Below are positions 26,069 to 36,600 of a DNA stretch of 64,000 bases, piece by piece. The notes below the pieces were generated by a model. The model saw only the letters and a list, made by a program, of their open reading frames with translations. It was not told the origin of the DNA and ran no database searches. Source of the DNA: a virus; the IMG/VR virus record IMGVR_UViG_3300036823_000324, positions 11,085-75,084 of that record; one strand, 5' to 3'. Within the stretch, counting starts at the first letter, position 1, and every line of letters starts with the position of its first letter. The translations under genes and the position numbers were made by a program.

Positions 26069-27963
26069 GGTTCTTCGGATTCCTGGTAGAAGGGCGGTTC
26101 CCAGAGGTAGGACGGCGCCCATCCCTCCTGCAGGGCCAGCTGTGGCGCTTCGGGCTGCTGCGCCGAGCTCGTGAACCGTGGGCCGGTCCATTCATTGCTG
26201 CCGCGGTCGCCGTCGATCGGGCCCTCGGGGGCGAGCGCCCCTTCGACCAGCGCCACCTCGTCGAAGGTCACCTGGCCTACCGCTTCGACTTCGTCACCCC
26301 ACAGGCTCAGGCCGATGGCCACGTAGGCGGTTCCGGGGGGCGCCGTCGCGCCGGCGAGTTCCAGCCACGAGGGTTGCAGCTCGCCCGTGCCTGCCGCGAC
26401 CGACAGGTCTTCGCCCAGGGGTTCGCCGTCTTCGTCCCGGAAGCCGACCGAGAGCTCGCCGTGGGTGTCGGGGCTCGCGTACGCGCTCAGGGCGCCCGCC
26501 GAGAAGACCTGACCCGCTTTCGCCGGCAGCCGGCGTTCGGTTGCGATGCGCCGCCCCGGGAAGTAGGCCCCGGCCAGCATCGCGGTCGCCTCGGCCACTT
26601 CTTCTTCGCTCAGATCGGTGAGGAAGACGGCGAAGGGGAGCATCTGGCCGGCCGCGAAGTTGCCGCCCATGTTGCCGACGATGAACGACTGCCCGGTGTC
26701 CTGATGCGTGGTGACGGACGCGCCGCTCGCCACCAGCACGGCGTTCACGTAGGAGGCATAGGTATTGGCCACGCCGTCCCAGGCGACGGCCACGATACAG
26801 CTGGCCCCGCTTTTGACCTGTTCACCCGTCGCGGCCTTGTTGGAGGCGGTTTCCCCGTTGCCGAGCCTGAAGGTGAGGTTCCCCGCAGCCGAGACGTAGA
26901 CGCCGCTGTTCAGCCCTCCTGCCCCTCCGCAGATCCCTTCGGCCGTCGTGATCGATGGGAAGTTGAAGGCGGCGAGGAACGTCCTCCGGACCCCCCGAGC
27001 AAAGGGGCCGATGTCGGAGGCCGATTCGTTGGCGGTTCCAGACCAGCCCGCGAGGCCGGATTCAAGCTGGGCGACGGTCGGGAAGTATTCGCCTGCGACT
27101 TCGCCGCGTTCCCAGAGTGGTTCTTTCCACGCGTATTTGCCGGTGACGACCGTGCCGCTGGAAGTGCTGGAGATGATCACATAGGGCTGGGCAAAGGCAA
27201 CTTCGCCGCCGGGGATGACGCAGACGCGGGTCTGAGTGCCGGATTTCGTGATGGCGACGAGGTCGCTGCTCAGGAATGACCCGGCTGCGGTGAGGTAGCG
27301 GAGGCCGTAGGTGAATTGCATTCCGGCCGCCGCCTGGACGATTTCCGCAGGCATCTTGATCACGATCTTTTCCCCGGCGACGACGGGGAAACGACAAGCT
27401 TCGGAGGACGCGACCGGGAGGAACTGCGTGTTGCCCGCGATCGAGGCTTTGGACGTGGCAGTGACGTAGTTGGTCCAGCCTTCTTTTTCTTCGAGGACGG
27501 TCGTCCCGAAGTTCTGAGTGAAGAAGTTGTTCCATTTCTTCAGCGGGTTGACGCAGAGGTTCGTCCGCGTCTTCCACCCGGTGTCGATGTAGTTGGTGCC
27601 GCCGAGGGTGGCCACGGCACTGCCGGGAACCAGCCCCGGCGCCACGAGCCCCCCACCATTGACGAAAACCCCCGCAGGGAGTGGGACAGTTCCGAGATTT
27701 GGGACTACGACGGCGCTCGCCGCGCTCGCAGGAGGCGCGTAAAGAAGCGCGGCCCGCGACAAGGGGCCACCCGCGGCGAGGGTCTTCAGGGCGAGGGAGC
27801 GCTCCCCCAGGATCGTCGGGCCGTAGGAGGGGTCGCTCTCGGCGAGGCCGGAGCCCACGACCCGGCTATCGTCGACTACCCCTTCGGCGACAACCCGCGG
27901 ATCGGCCTTGATCGCCCCCGACTCGAAGCCGGGATCGAGGTAGAGGTTGGCGACGGCGGTCAT
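26065..27963 (-). CDS. baseplate/tail protein with carbohydrate-binding-like and LamG-like domains
   Basis: NLYLDPGFESG, TNLCVNP, VAVAWDG...YVNAVL; position in the baseplate module. Confidence 0.65.
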   Translation of the reverse strand: MTAVANLYLDPGFESGAIKADPRVVAEGVVDDSRVVGSGLAESDPSYGPTILGERSLALKTLAAGGPLSRAALLYAPPASAASAVVVPNLGTVPLPAGVFVNGGGLVAPGLVPGSAVATLGGTNYIDTGWKTRTNLCVNPLKKWNNFFTQNFGTTVLEEKEGWTNYVTATSKASIAGNTQFLPVASSEACRFPVVAGEKIVIKMPAEIVQAAAGMQFTYGLRYLTAAGSFLSSDLVAITKSGTQTRVCVIPGGEVAFAQPYVIISSTSSGTVVTGKYAWKEPLWERGEVAGEYFPTVAQLESGLAGWSGTANESASDIGPFARGVRRTFLAAFNFPSITTAEGICGGAGGLNSGVYVSAAGNLTFRLGNGETASNKAATGEQVKSGASCIVAVAWDGVANTYASYVNAVLVASGASVTTHQDTGQSFIVGNMGGNFAAGQMLPFAVFLTDLSEEEVAEATAMLAGAYFPGRRIATERRLPAKAGQVFSAGALSAYASPDTHGELSVGFRDEDGEPLGEDLSVAAGTGELQPSWLELAGATAPPGTAYVAIGLSLWGDEVEAVGQVTFDEVALVEGALAPEGPIDGDRGSNEWTGPRFTSSAQQPEAPQLALQEGWAPSYLWEPPFYQESEEP

Positions 27964-29813
27964 CAGCTCAAGGTGAGTTGACCCAAAACCGGATATTGCG
28001 TGACCTTGATCGGCAGGTCGACCTGGCGCACCGGTTCACCCACTTCGATGCCGACGATCGAGCTGACGCCTTCCAACACTTCGCCCGTCCTGCCGGCATA
28101 GGTGACTTCCTTGCCGCCGACGTAGACCGTCCCCGAGGTCGCGAACGGGTCCCCGGATTCGGGGACGAGGACGATGAACCCCGACCCGGATTCGATGACC
28201 GAGCTCGTCGCGCCGGGCGAGAGCAGGACCAGGTCGGCGACCCCGGCGACGTTCTTCATCACTGCCTCGAGGGCGGAGATGCGGAGCGGCTCACCCGGCT
28301 TCAGCGTCTGCATCCATTCGCTGATCGCCGCTTCGAGCAGCGCGCTGAGGTTGGCCGTGCCGGGGGCGCCCGAGAGGCTGAAGCCCGCTTCCGGGATCAC
28401 CTTGGCGGCCACGTCGAAGACCTTCGGCAGCGGCGTCCCGACCGTCACCGCGGCGCCAACCGGGGCGCGGCCGCCGCCGGCGGGGCCGCCCTCCGACTGG
28501 ATCGTGAAGTAGTCCCAGGTGATCGTGGCCGCGGCGCTGGTGACCTGGTGGATCTGCAGCGCGGTGATCGCCGACCAGTCAGGTTCTTCATGTTCGGTGA
28601 ACTGGTTGCGCTGGATCCGCCACAGCCACCATGCGCTGCCGCTGGTGGGCTTGGTGGTTCCCGACCCCGAGACCATGGTCATTTTCGCCTCGAAGTAGGC
28701 CGTTTCGCCCGACATGAGGCGGACGCTGGTGGTGTTGGTGAGGCTGGCCCAGTTGCCGGCCTTCACCCACAACATGATTTCGTCGCTGCCGCTGAACCGC
28801 GACAGGTCCATTCCCCGCAGCACCTGGGCGACGTCGGCCTCGGCGCCGATCGAGGTGACCACGAGCGCCTGGGCGCCGGCCTGTCGGTTGGCTTCGCTCC
28901 AACTGATCGAACCCGCGCCTTCGGTGTGGGTCCAAGGATCGCCTTCCTCCATCTGCGCGAGCAGTTGACGGGAAGGGTCGAGGTACTTCTGCACTTCCTG
29001 CACGGTCGGCCAGTCGATGCCGACGAAGCCTGGCCCACGTAGCGAGACGAACACCGAGCCGTTCACCCGGTTGTCGCGCACCCCCGGGGTGGTGCCGGAG
29101 GTGTCCCACAGCGGTTCGACGGCGACATCGACAATGCCCGGTTTTTCGAGGCTCCAGACGATGTAGTCGAGGACCGCCCCCGAGCCGAGGCTGAGGGCCG
29201 CCTGGGCTTCGAGGCGCAGACGGTAGGCTTCGTCGGTCTCCGGGTCGCTGCCGCCGCTGATCGCCGTCGGGTTCGAGACGCCTTCCACGCCTTCCACGTT
29301 GGGCGATTCGAGCAGGGTCGCGGCACCCGGGCCCTGGTTTCCGGCGGAGCCGTTTTCGACCGAGATCACGGGCACGTCGACGAATCCCGCGGCGCCGACT
29401 TCGACGGAGAAGAGGTTGCTCGTCTGGTAGGTGACGCGGGCCTGGTCGGGGTCCGTGATCGCCACCCCGACCAGCGTCGCCGGAGGAATGTGGGTGTCTT
29501 CCGGGGCGGTGAAGCGGACCATGCCGACGGCGGCGGTCCCTTCCTTGCGGGGCGTCCCGTAGTTCACCCCGTGCGCGTCGAGCAGCGGCCCCCAGGCCCA
29601 GCGGATGAAGGTGTAGGAGAGGTAGCGGTTGAGTTCCTGCCATATCCGCGTGAATTCGGGCACGTCGATCTCGAGCATCTGGCGGGCCCATGCACCTTCG
29701 ATCGACGACCAGTTCTCCGGCACCCCCGCCAGTAGTCTCGCCCGCACCGTATCTTCGGTCTCGAGGTAGACCCTCGGGAAGACTTCGGGGAGCGGGGTGA
29801 GGGTGGTCGGCAT
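27963..29813 (-). CDS. baseplate J/gp47-like protein with insertions
   Basis: AWGPLLDAHG..RK..A.G.VRF, GGSDPETDEAYRLR, GAVLDYIVW, RAPVGAAVTV. Confidence 0.9.
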   Translation of the reverse strand: MPTTLTPLPEVFPRVYLETEDTVRARLLAGVPENWSSIEGAWARQMLEIDVPEFTRIWQELNRYLSYTFIRWAWGPLLDAHGVNYGTPRKEGTAAVGMVRFTAPEDTHIPPATLVGVAITDPDQARVTYQTSNLFSVEVGAAGFVDVPVISVENGSAGNQGPGAATLLESPNVEGVEGVSNPTAISGGSDPETDEAYRLRLEAQAALSLGSGAVLDYIVWSLEKPGIVDVAVEPLWDTSGTTPGVRDNRVNGSVFVSLRGPGFVGIDWPTVQEVQKYLDPSRQLLAQMEEGDPWTHTEGAGSISWSEANRQAGAQALVVTSIGAEADVAQVLRGMDLSRFSGSDEIMLWVKAGNWASLTNTTSVRLMSGETAYFEAKMTMVSGSGTTKPTSGSAWWLWRIQRNQFTEHEEPDWSAITALQIHQVTSAAATITWDYFTIQSEGGPAGGGRAPVGAAVTVGTPLPKVFDVAAKVIPEAGFSLSGAPGTANLSALLEAAISEWMQTLKPGEPLRISALEAVMKNVAGVADLVLLSPGATSSVIESGSGFIVLVPESGDPFATSGTVYVGGKEVTYAGRTGEVLEGVSSIVGIEVGEPVRQVDLPIKVTQYPVLGQLTLS

Positions 29814-30436
29814 CAGACGGTGAACTGGAGTGGGATCGCGCCGGTCGCTTCGTCGTCGACGTAGATCGCGAGGTCGATCAGCAGCGAATCCTGGGTGTCG
29901 GCGACGACACTGCCCTTCGACACGGATTCGATTTCGACGCTGCTGATCCGCGGGTGCCGTTCGAGCCCTTCTTCCACGGTGCGGGCGGCCTCTGAGTAGA
30001 GGACGGGTTCGCTCAGGCTTTCGCCGAGCAGTTGCTGGAGGTCGGTGCCGAAGTCCGGGTCGAAGATCACGTAGACGCCCTTCGGCGTGTTGATGCACGT
30101 CTGGCACCATTCGATGATCGCCTCGACGCCGGTGACCATCAGCACGTCACCCGTGGTCGTCCTGAAGAATTCGCCCGTGGTCCAGTCGAACGCAGGTTCC
30201 TGTCGGTAGTCGAGATCCGGTTCTTCGGGCAGGTCGGGTTCTTCGGCGCTCTGTTCTTCGAGGTCGCTGAGCAGCTGCGCGTCCCCACCTTCGTCGGGGG
30301 GGTAGGGATCGTCTTCGGCGGGAACGACAGGGAAGAGGAGGTCGAATTCGGTCGCGAGATCTTCGACGAATTCGTTGTCGGAGAGGATCGCCTCCTGGGT
30401 GGCAGGATCCTGTTCCGGATTCAGTCCTTCGGGCAT
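29813..30436 (-). CDS. baseplate wedge gp25/XkdS-like protein
   Basis: FDWTTGEF...EAIIEW...FGTDL...LERHPRISSV. Confidence 0.8.
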   Translation of the reverse strand: MPEGLNPEQDPATQEAILSDNEFVEDLATEFDLLFPVVPAEDDPYPPDEGGDAQLLSDLEEQSAEEPDLPEEPDLDYRQEPAFDWTTGEFFRTTTGDVLMVTGVEAIIEWCQTCINTPKGVYVIFDPDFGTDLQQLLGESLSEPVLYSEAARTVEEGLERHPRISSVEIESVSKGSVVADTQDSLLIDLAIYVDDEATGAIPLQFTV

Positions 30437-30464
30437 CGGGGGCGATTCTAGGCCCGATGCCGGA

Positions 30465-30758
30465 TCAGGCGCCGTCGAGAACGCCGACCACCACGTATTC
30501 GTCGCCGACCGCGATCATCAGGACGCGGTCGTCCTTTTCCAGTTCCGATGGTTTGGACCCCACGAAAGAAAGGTCGTCCTCGTTCATCGTGATCCGCTCC
30601 CCGGGCACGTAGATCTCGACGTGTCCGCCTTCGGCCAGGATCACTTCGCCGATGTCGTTGGCTTCGCGCTGCTGGATCCGGCCGGCCGTCTCGCGCGAGT
30701 GGTGGCCGAGGATCTTCCCCAGTTCCTTACCTGCGCGGCGCGCGCCCTGGCGGCTCAA
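30465..30758 (-). CDS. baseplate spike/XkdR-like protein
   Basis: LEKDDRVLM....EYVVVGVL OB-fold-like end; follows the hub gene. Confidence 0.6.
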   Translation of the reverse strand: MSRQGARRAGKELGKILGHHSRETAGRIQQREANDIGEVILAEGGHVEIYVPGERITMNEDDLSFVGSKPSELEKDDRVLMIAVGDEYVVVGVLDGA

Positions 30759-32521
30759 TGGACCTTCACCCGGCTGTTGTAGACGCCGAGGATCAGCTGT
30801 TCGTAGCCGGCTTCGCCGCACCAGGGCGAGATCGCGATCTCGTGGATCTGCTGGGTGTCGGGTCCGCCGGCCGTCGCCATCACGCCCGAGTAGGGCTGCG
30901 TCTTCAGCAGGTTCGAGCTCGCTTCCGCGGCGCCGGACGCCGATCCGAAGTGCTGCCCGGGACCGATGTTCAGCGGGTTGTCTTCGGGGCCGCCCTCGGC
31001 GACCGCCCAGGCCCCCAGCACACGCAGCGAGAGACCGGTTTCTTCGGCCACCTGTTCGCAGAAGGCGGTGTACTGGCCGGCGCCGGTCAGGGTCCCTTCG
31101 ACGGGGTGCTTACCCGAGGCCCTCGAGCCGGGGCTCAGTTCTTCCCCGGAGGGCTGCACGTCGACGTCGACTTCGCGCTCGCGCCAGACCAGGCTGAGTT
31201 CCATCTCATAGTCACCCGGCGTGATGGTGTGGGTCACCGTCTGGGTGAACAGTTCTTTTTTCAGCACGCCCGCGGCGCCCATCGGGATCCGCACGTAGAT
31301 GCGATCCCCTTGTTTGATGAAGAAGTTCCCGTCGGCGCTGATGGTCAGGGTCTTCAGCGCCCGCCCCAGCGCATTGACCGTCCTCTGCGCCTCCTTGTAG
31401 GTCCAGTCGGGGTCGCGCAGGTTGGCGAACCGCTTGCCGACGATGATGTTGCCGAAGAGCAGGGTGAGCGCCGCCGCCTCGTTGGTTTCGGCCTCCAGGC
31501 GTTTCTTGTTGTGCGCTTCTTCGCGGCGTTCCTTCGCCCGCGTCTTCTCCGCCTTTTTCGGATCTTTGGCTTTCTTTTCGCCTTCGAGTTTCTTGCGTTT
31601 CTTGTTCGATTTGAACGAGCCCAGCGGCAGGACGACGGTGGCGAGCGAGCTGGTCAGGTCGCGCGAGAAGGTGCGATTGCGGATCTCCCTCGGGGTCAGC
31701 GCCAGGATGCGCCGCGCCGCCGGTTTGCGGACGATCGCCAGCCGCCCCTTCGTCGACAGGATGTAGTAGTGCTTTTTTTCGTGCTTGCGCTCGATCGTGT
31801 ACGCGCGGGCGAGGGCTTCGTACACGCTGACATTCCGCATGTGGAGATAGGGGAAGCGGTATTCGGCCTTCGCGATCCGCATCTTGCCGGTCGTCTTGGC
31901 ACTGCCCCCGGCGGTGTGCCCGGCTTCTCCCACCTTTTCGCCCTTGTCGCGCGTGACGGGGGCGGTGTAGGCGACCGGGATCTTGAACGTCTTGATTATG
32001 TCCTGCGCCACTTCGTCGGCGGTCCACCCTTTGGGGTGCTTCTTGTCTTTGCGGTACAGGAAGTTGTGGCCTTTGGCGATCTGGAGGAAGAGCAGCAGGT
32101 CGTAGGCGACGATCGTGATCATCGCTTCGCCGGATTCCGATTCGGTGTCTTCGGCCTCCCAGGCGACGACCCGCAGGCGTTCCCTCCACTTCTGGCCGGC
32201 CGCTTTCATCTCGACGAACCACACGATGCCGAGTCGGTTGAAGAAGTCGCTGGCTTTGCCGTCGCCGTTGTCGAGGCTGATCGTCACCTCGGTCGCGCCC
32301 TGTTCGGCGGCTTCGGTCCAGCTGACTTCCTTCAGGCGCCTCGTCGCATCACGGAACTCACGGGTCGGGGGGTAGTAGGCGCGGAGGCGGACGGCTTCCG
32401 CGGCGCCGGCGTCGAAGGCACCGGGACCGCCCAGGGAGCGCTTCTGCCCGGGCGGGCCACCGGTGTCGCCGATCGCCTGTTCTTTGGCCTGTTCGGCGAG
32501 GCCCCCGGCCCGGCGCGCCAC
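30755..32521 (-). CDS. baseplate hub XkdQ-like protein with C-terminal lysozyme-like domain
   Basis: VSWT, ITIVAYDLL, GDRIYV...VTHT...MELSL; then AWAVAEGG..NPLNI...SPW. Confidence 0.75.
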   Translation of the reverse strand: MARRAGGLAEQAKEQAIGDTGGPPGQKRSLGGPGAFDAGAAEAVRLRAYYPPTREFRDATRRLKEVSWTEAAEQGATEVTISLDNGDGKASDFFNRLGIVWFVEMKAAGQKWRERLRVVAWEAEDTESESGEAMITIVAYDLLLFLQIAKGHNFLYRKDKKHPKGWTADEVAQDIIKTFKIPVAYTAPVTRDKGEKVGEAGHTAGGSAKTTGKMRIAKAEYRFPYLHMRNVSVYEALARAYTIERKHEKKHYYILSTKGRLAIVRKPAARRILALTPREIRNRTFSRDLTSSLATVVLPLGSFKSNKKRKKLEGEKKAKDPKKAEKTRAKERREEAHNKKRLEAETNEAAALTLLFGNIIVGKRFANLRDPDWTYKEAQRTVNALGRALKTLTISADGNFFIKQGDRIYVRIPMGAAGVLKKELFTQTVTHTITPGDYEMELSLVWREREVDVDVQPSGEELSPGSRASGKHPVEGTLTGAGQYTAFCEQVAEETGLSLRVLGAWAVAEGGPEDNPLNIGPGQHFGSASGAAEASSNLLKTQPYSGVMATAGGPDTQQIHEIAISPWCGEAGYEQLILGVYNSRVKVH

Positions 32522-32523
32522 GT

Positions 32524-32859
32524 CTAGCCCCCCGCGGGGATGACCCTCAGTACGATCCCCTCCCGGAACGGCAGGTCCGGCGGCACGATGTCGCCGAGCC
32601 AGGACTTCCCGTCACCCAGCAGCTGATGACCGCCGGCCTTGTTGAGGATCCGCTCACCGAGGGTGCCGGGGAAGCGCCATGCGGGCTCGCCCATCGGCAC
32701 CGGGTCGGGGTACCACCACAGTTCGCCGATCAGGCGGCGGTTCAGCGAGACCAGCTCTCGCCACTTGGCTTCCGAGCCCCACTCATACATCGCGACGTAG
32801 AGGAGGGTGTCGCCTTCGTTGGTCTGGTAGGAGGCATCTCGGGGTTCCTTGCGCAGCAT
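32524..32859 (-). CDS. LysM-like tail protein
   Basis: YQTNEGDTLLYVAMYEWGSEAKWRELVSLN...GIVLRV. Confidence 0.7.
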   Translation of the reverse strand: MLRKEPRDASYQTNEGDTLLYVAMYEWGSEAKWRELVSLNRRLIGELWWYPDPVPMGEPAWRFPGTLGERILNKAGGHQLLGDGKSWLGDIVPPDLPFREGIVLRVIPAGG

Positions 32860-32861
32860 CG

Positions 32862-33608
32862 TCAGCTCTTGCGGTTGCCGCGCTTGCGGCCGACGTGGGC
32901 GCCGTGCTTGGAGACGGTCGCGCTCTGCACTTCGAGCTCACGGAATTCTTTGAAGCTGATGTTGAAGAGGAGCACGTCGGGGTCGACATCTTCCCAGCGG
33001 TAGGTGAATTCGGTGATCACGGCCGGGTTGTTCCACCCGAAGTCGTCGCCGATGATCAGCCGGATCACCTCGCCCTTGTCCTTGATGTTGGTCAGCAGGT
33101 CGGCGAAGGCCTGGGCTTCGAGGTAGTTCTGCCCGGCGACCGCGCCTTCCTGCATGACGACGCCGTTGTCGCCGCCGATGTTGAAGGGCGCGCCGGCACC
33201 CGAGATGTGCGCCTGGTTCATCAGCTTGTTGAGCAGCGAGTCGTTGATTTCCTTCGCTTCCGGGCTTTCGCCGGCGCGCAGGCTGCCGTGGGTGTAGTAG
33301 AGCGGCGGCTCGAGCCGGCCTTCGAACGGCACGACGTCGAGGTTGCGGCCGCCGAAGGCGATCCGCTCGCCGCCGTGCAGGAGGCGCGTCGAGACCCATT
33401 CGGCGGCGGTCTGGACCGGGATCACCGTCGGGGTCACGGGGAACGTCACCCAGAACTGCAGGTCTTCTTTGTCGTAGGGCCCGACCGAGATCTGGATCCC
33501 GTGCTGTTCGACGGCGCCGCGCTTGCGCGGCCTCGGCCGTTTTGCGGCCTTCTTGCCGCGCCCGGCGTTGCCGAGGCTGCGGGCTTTGGCGAGGGCATAG
33601 CGGGCCAT
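32862..33608 (-). CDS. tail tube initiator (XkdP N-terminal-like)
   Basis: FPVTP...IRLII...VITEFTYR...FNISFKEFR; follows the tape measure. Confidence 0.7.
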   Translation of the reverse strand: MARYALAKARSLGNAGRGKKAAKRPRPRKRGAVEQHGIQISVGPYDKEDLQFWVTFPVTPTVIPVQTAAEWVSTRLLHGGERIAFGGRNLDVVPFEGRLEPPLYYTHGSLRAGESPEAKEINDSLLNKLMNQAHISGAGAPFNIGGDNGVVMQEGAVAGQNYLEAQAFADLLTNIKDKGEVIRLIIGDDFGWNNPAVITEFTYRWEDVDPDVLLFNISFKEFRELEVQSATVSKHGAHVGRKRGNRKS

Positions 33609-36600
33609 CAGACCGTCGGACCCGTCAGGTGGGTGAACTCGCCGCCGCCTTCGGGGTGGTTCTGCATCTCCCGGCGCACCGCGGCGACGAGCTCCTTGGC
33701 GAACTCGTCGAGGTCCTCGTGGCTGCCGATCGACACCGGGCCGTTGATTTCGATCTTGACGCCGCCGCTGCCCGTCCCCGGCGTCGCCGTGCCGTGCCTC
33801 AGGACTTCGGGCGACGGCCGGCCGCCGGCGCGGAAGTGCGGCCGCTGCTCGCCTTCGAGCCAGTTGAGGACACCCGGGAAGGTCATCCGCTCGAGCTGGC
33901 GCTCGCCGTCGTCGGTGACCACGAACTCCTTGGGCGAGACCGAGATGTCGACCGAGTCTTCGGGGGTCCGCATCCCTGGCACGCGACCGCCGGCGGCGAA
34001 GCCCTTTTTCTGTTTCTGGCCTTTGCCGGCCATCCGGGTGCTCGAGACGCCGCCGGTCAGCCCGAGGTTCGCGTGGCGTTCGCTGAAGCCGGGCCGGTAG
34101 GTGTAGTCGCTGATCCAGCCGTAGCCTTCGCCCGGGTTCGAGGCCGAGGTGCCGATCGCTTTGGGCCCGCCGCGCGTCTTCAGGACCGAGTAGACGTGGT
34201 CGGGGCTGGCGAGCACAGTCGCGGCCCCTTTGCCCGGCCGTTCCCAGTTCATGAAACCGCCCGAGACCATCGGGGGGAAATTCCAGCCGGCGCCGTCGAA
34301 GAGCTCGGTGGTACCTCCTGAGCAGTCCCAGGCGCCGTCACGCGAGGCGGTGGCGCCGTGTCCGCCGCCCCACAGGTACGGTTTGCGCAGGGAGGTCATG
34401 CGGTTGCCGTTGGCGATCAGCGCGGCCATTTTCGGTCCGCCGCCCGCCTGTGCCTCTTCGTCGATACGGCTCCGCAGCGAGCGCAGGATCGCGGTGTCGA
34501 GGGACCCTCCCTCGGTCTGGCCGGCGGCGAAGGCGGCGCCGCCGACGCGACCGCCGGAGGCGAACCCCGCGCGGCCGCCGCGGCGTTTCCCTTTTCCCCC
34601 GCCGCCGCCGGCGCCGACTTCGGGCTGGGGCATCGTGCCGCCGCCTTTGGAGCCTCCCGGAACCGTGTTGAGCGCCCCGAAGGCCGCTTTGACCAGGCGC
34701 TGCGCGGCGTTGCGGACGGCGCCTTCCTTGGACTGGATCCCGAGCGCGTACTGGCTCGAGATCGTCGCCCCGCCCTTCTGCGCCGCTTCCTGCGTTTCAT
34801 GTGAAACGAGGCCGCCCGGGCTGGCGCCGTAGAGCATGCCTTTGATCACCGGTTCGGTCGCGCGCGCCGCTTCGTGGGAGCTCTGGTTGCTGCCGAGACC
34901 TTCCGCGAAGGATTCCGAGGCTTTCTGGCCGGCCTTCTTCAGTTCCCCGGCTTTCGATTCGATCTGTTCGGCCGAGGATTTGACCAGCCCACCGCCGAAG
35001 GAGAGGCCGAAGCCGCCCGCGTGCACGCCCGCGCCGACGGGCGCGTTCTTGCCGGCCGCGGCGGCGGGATGGAAGCCGAGCAGGCTCGCCATTTCGTGGC
35101 GCACCTTGGTCGCCTCCCCGCCTTTCAGGCCGAGGTGGTTGACCACGCCTTTCATGTAGAACTGCGCGGCTTCTTCGCCGTCGCGCTGCTCTTTGCGGTT
35201 CGAGCTGTGGAGGAGTTTCTTGATCGTCCCGGTGCCCGGCAGTTTGCCCCCGTGGATGTCGCCGACGGTCACCCCTTCGAGTTCCTTCTCGAAGTGTTCG
35301 AGCGGCCCTGAGATCTGGCCCAGCTCGTGGGAGAACTGCGATGCGGTACCGCCGATGTTGCGCCAGGTGGAGCCGAACTGTTTCAACGGGTTGCCGGCGC
35401 CGCGGCCGAAGACGTTCTCGAACTGCCGCCCGAGGACGCTGACTTCACCGACGTTGCCGGTGCGCGCCGCGTACATCGCCTCCTGCAGTGGTTTGCCGGT
35501 GATCCCCTCTTTCTGCAGGCGGGCGCGGAGGGTACGTTCGGCGCGCTCGGCTTTGACGAGGCCTTCGCTGGCACGGATGCCGCCGAGCAGTTTCGCGCCG
35601 GGCACTCCCGCTTCGACCCCGAACGCCTGCCGTTCGCCCTGTTTTTTGTTGAAGTTCTCGGCCACTCCGGTGATCGGGTTGTAGTGGACCAGCGTCGGTT
35701 CGATCGCGGCGATCGACTGGATCAGCGACTTCCGTTTTTCCACCAGTTCGTTCTGCCGTTTTTCGTGGCCGGCCTGTTTTTCGATCGCCTTGGTGAGGTG
35801 GTCGTATTCCTTGACCATCGGCGCCAGCTCTTCGCGCCGCTGTTTCCACTGCGTGGTGATCTGTCGTTCCGCGGCGCCCGATCGCTGCGGGAGAAGTTCG
35901 CGTTTGCCTTCTTCGCCGCTCGGGAACAGCGAGAAGCCGCTGAGCACGTCCTGGAAGGCCTTCGTGCGGTTGCCGAGCATCCCGTAGCCGTTGTTGCCGA
36001 ACATCCCGGCGGGGCCGGGATGAGCGGAGCCACCCAGTCCCCTTTCGCCGAGGACCCCGTTGTAGATGCTCGGGTCGATCAGACCCAGCGCGAGGGGTGC
36101 GAGGCCCGCTGCCGCGCCGCCGAGCCCGGTGAGGGCCGCGGCGCCACCCTCCTCGCCCGCGCCCCAGAAGGGGCTCAGGAGCCGTCCCAGGAGACCACGA
36201 CCCGCCGACGTCGTCGCCGCGCCGGTGCCGGCGCCGAAGAGCCCCGACGTTGCCAGCGCGGCGCCCTCGCCGAACTCGCCGGACGCCGCCTGGCGCGAGG
36301 CCGCGGCTCTGAGCAGGTCCTCCGAGCTGTAGGCGGTGACACTCTGGGGGATGGTCGGCACCGGCCTGAAGGCGGCGCGGATCCTCGACAGCACCCCGCC
36401 GCCGGCGGCAGGCGCCGCGTTGAAGGCCGCCCCTTCGACGGCGGTGCGGCCGAGTGACGGCACCAGGGAACCGCCGCGCAGTTTGGAGATGCCCCGGGCG
36501 CTCGAGAGCATCCCGCCGGCGGCGATGTCGGCCGCCATCAGCCTTTTCTCGCTGACCTCGTGCTTCTCGAGCCCTAGCAGCGGCGCGCCCAGGAGGCCGC

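Noticed and set aside
23245-27963. Diversity-generating retroelement or invertible tail-fibre system
   Set aside because: No reverse transcriptase, invertase or template/variable repeat pair recognised in the window
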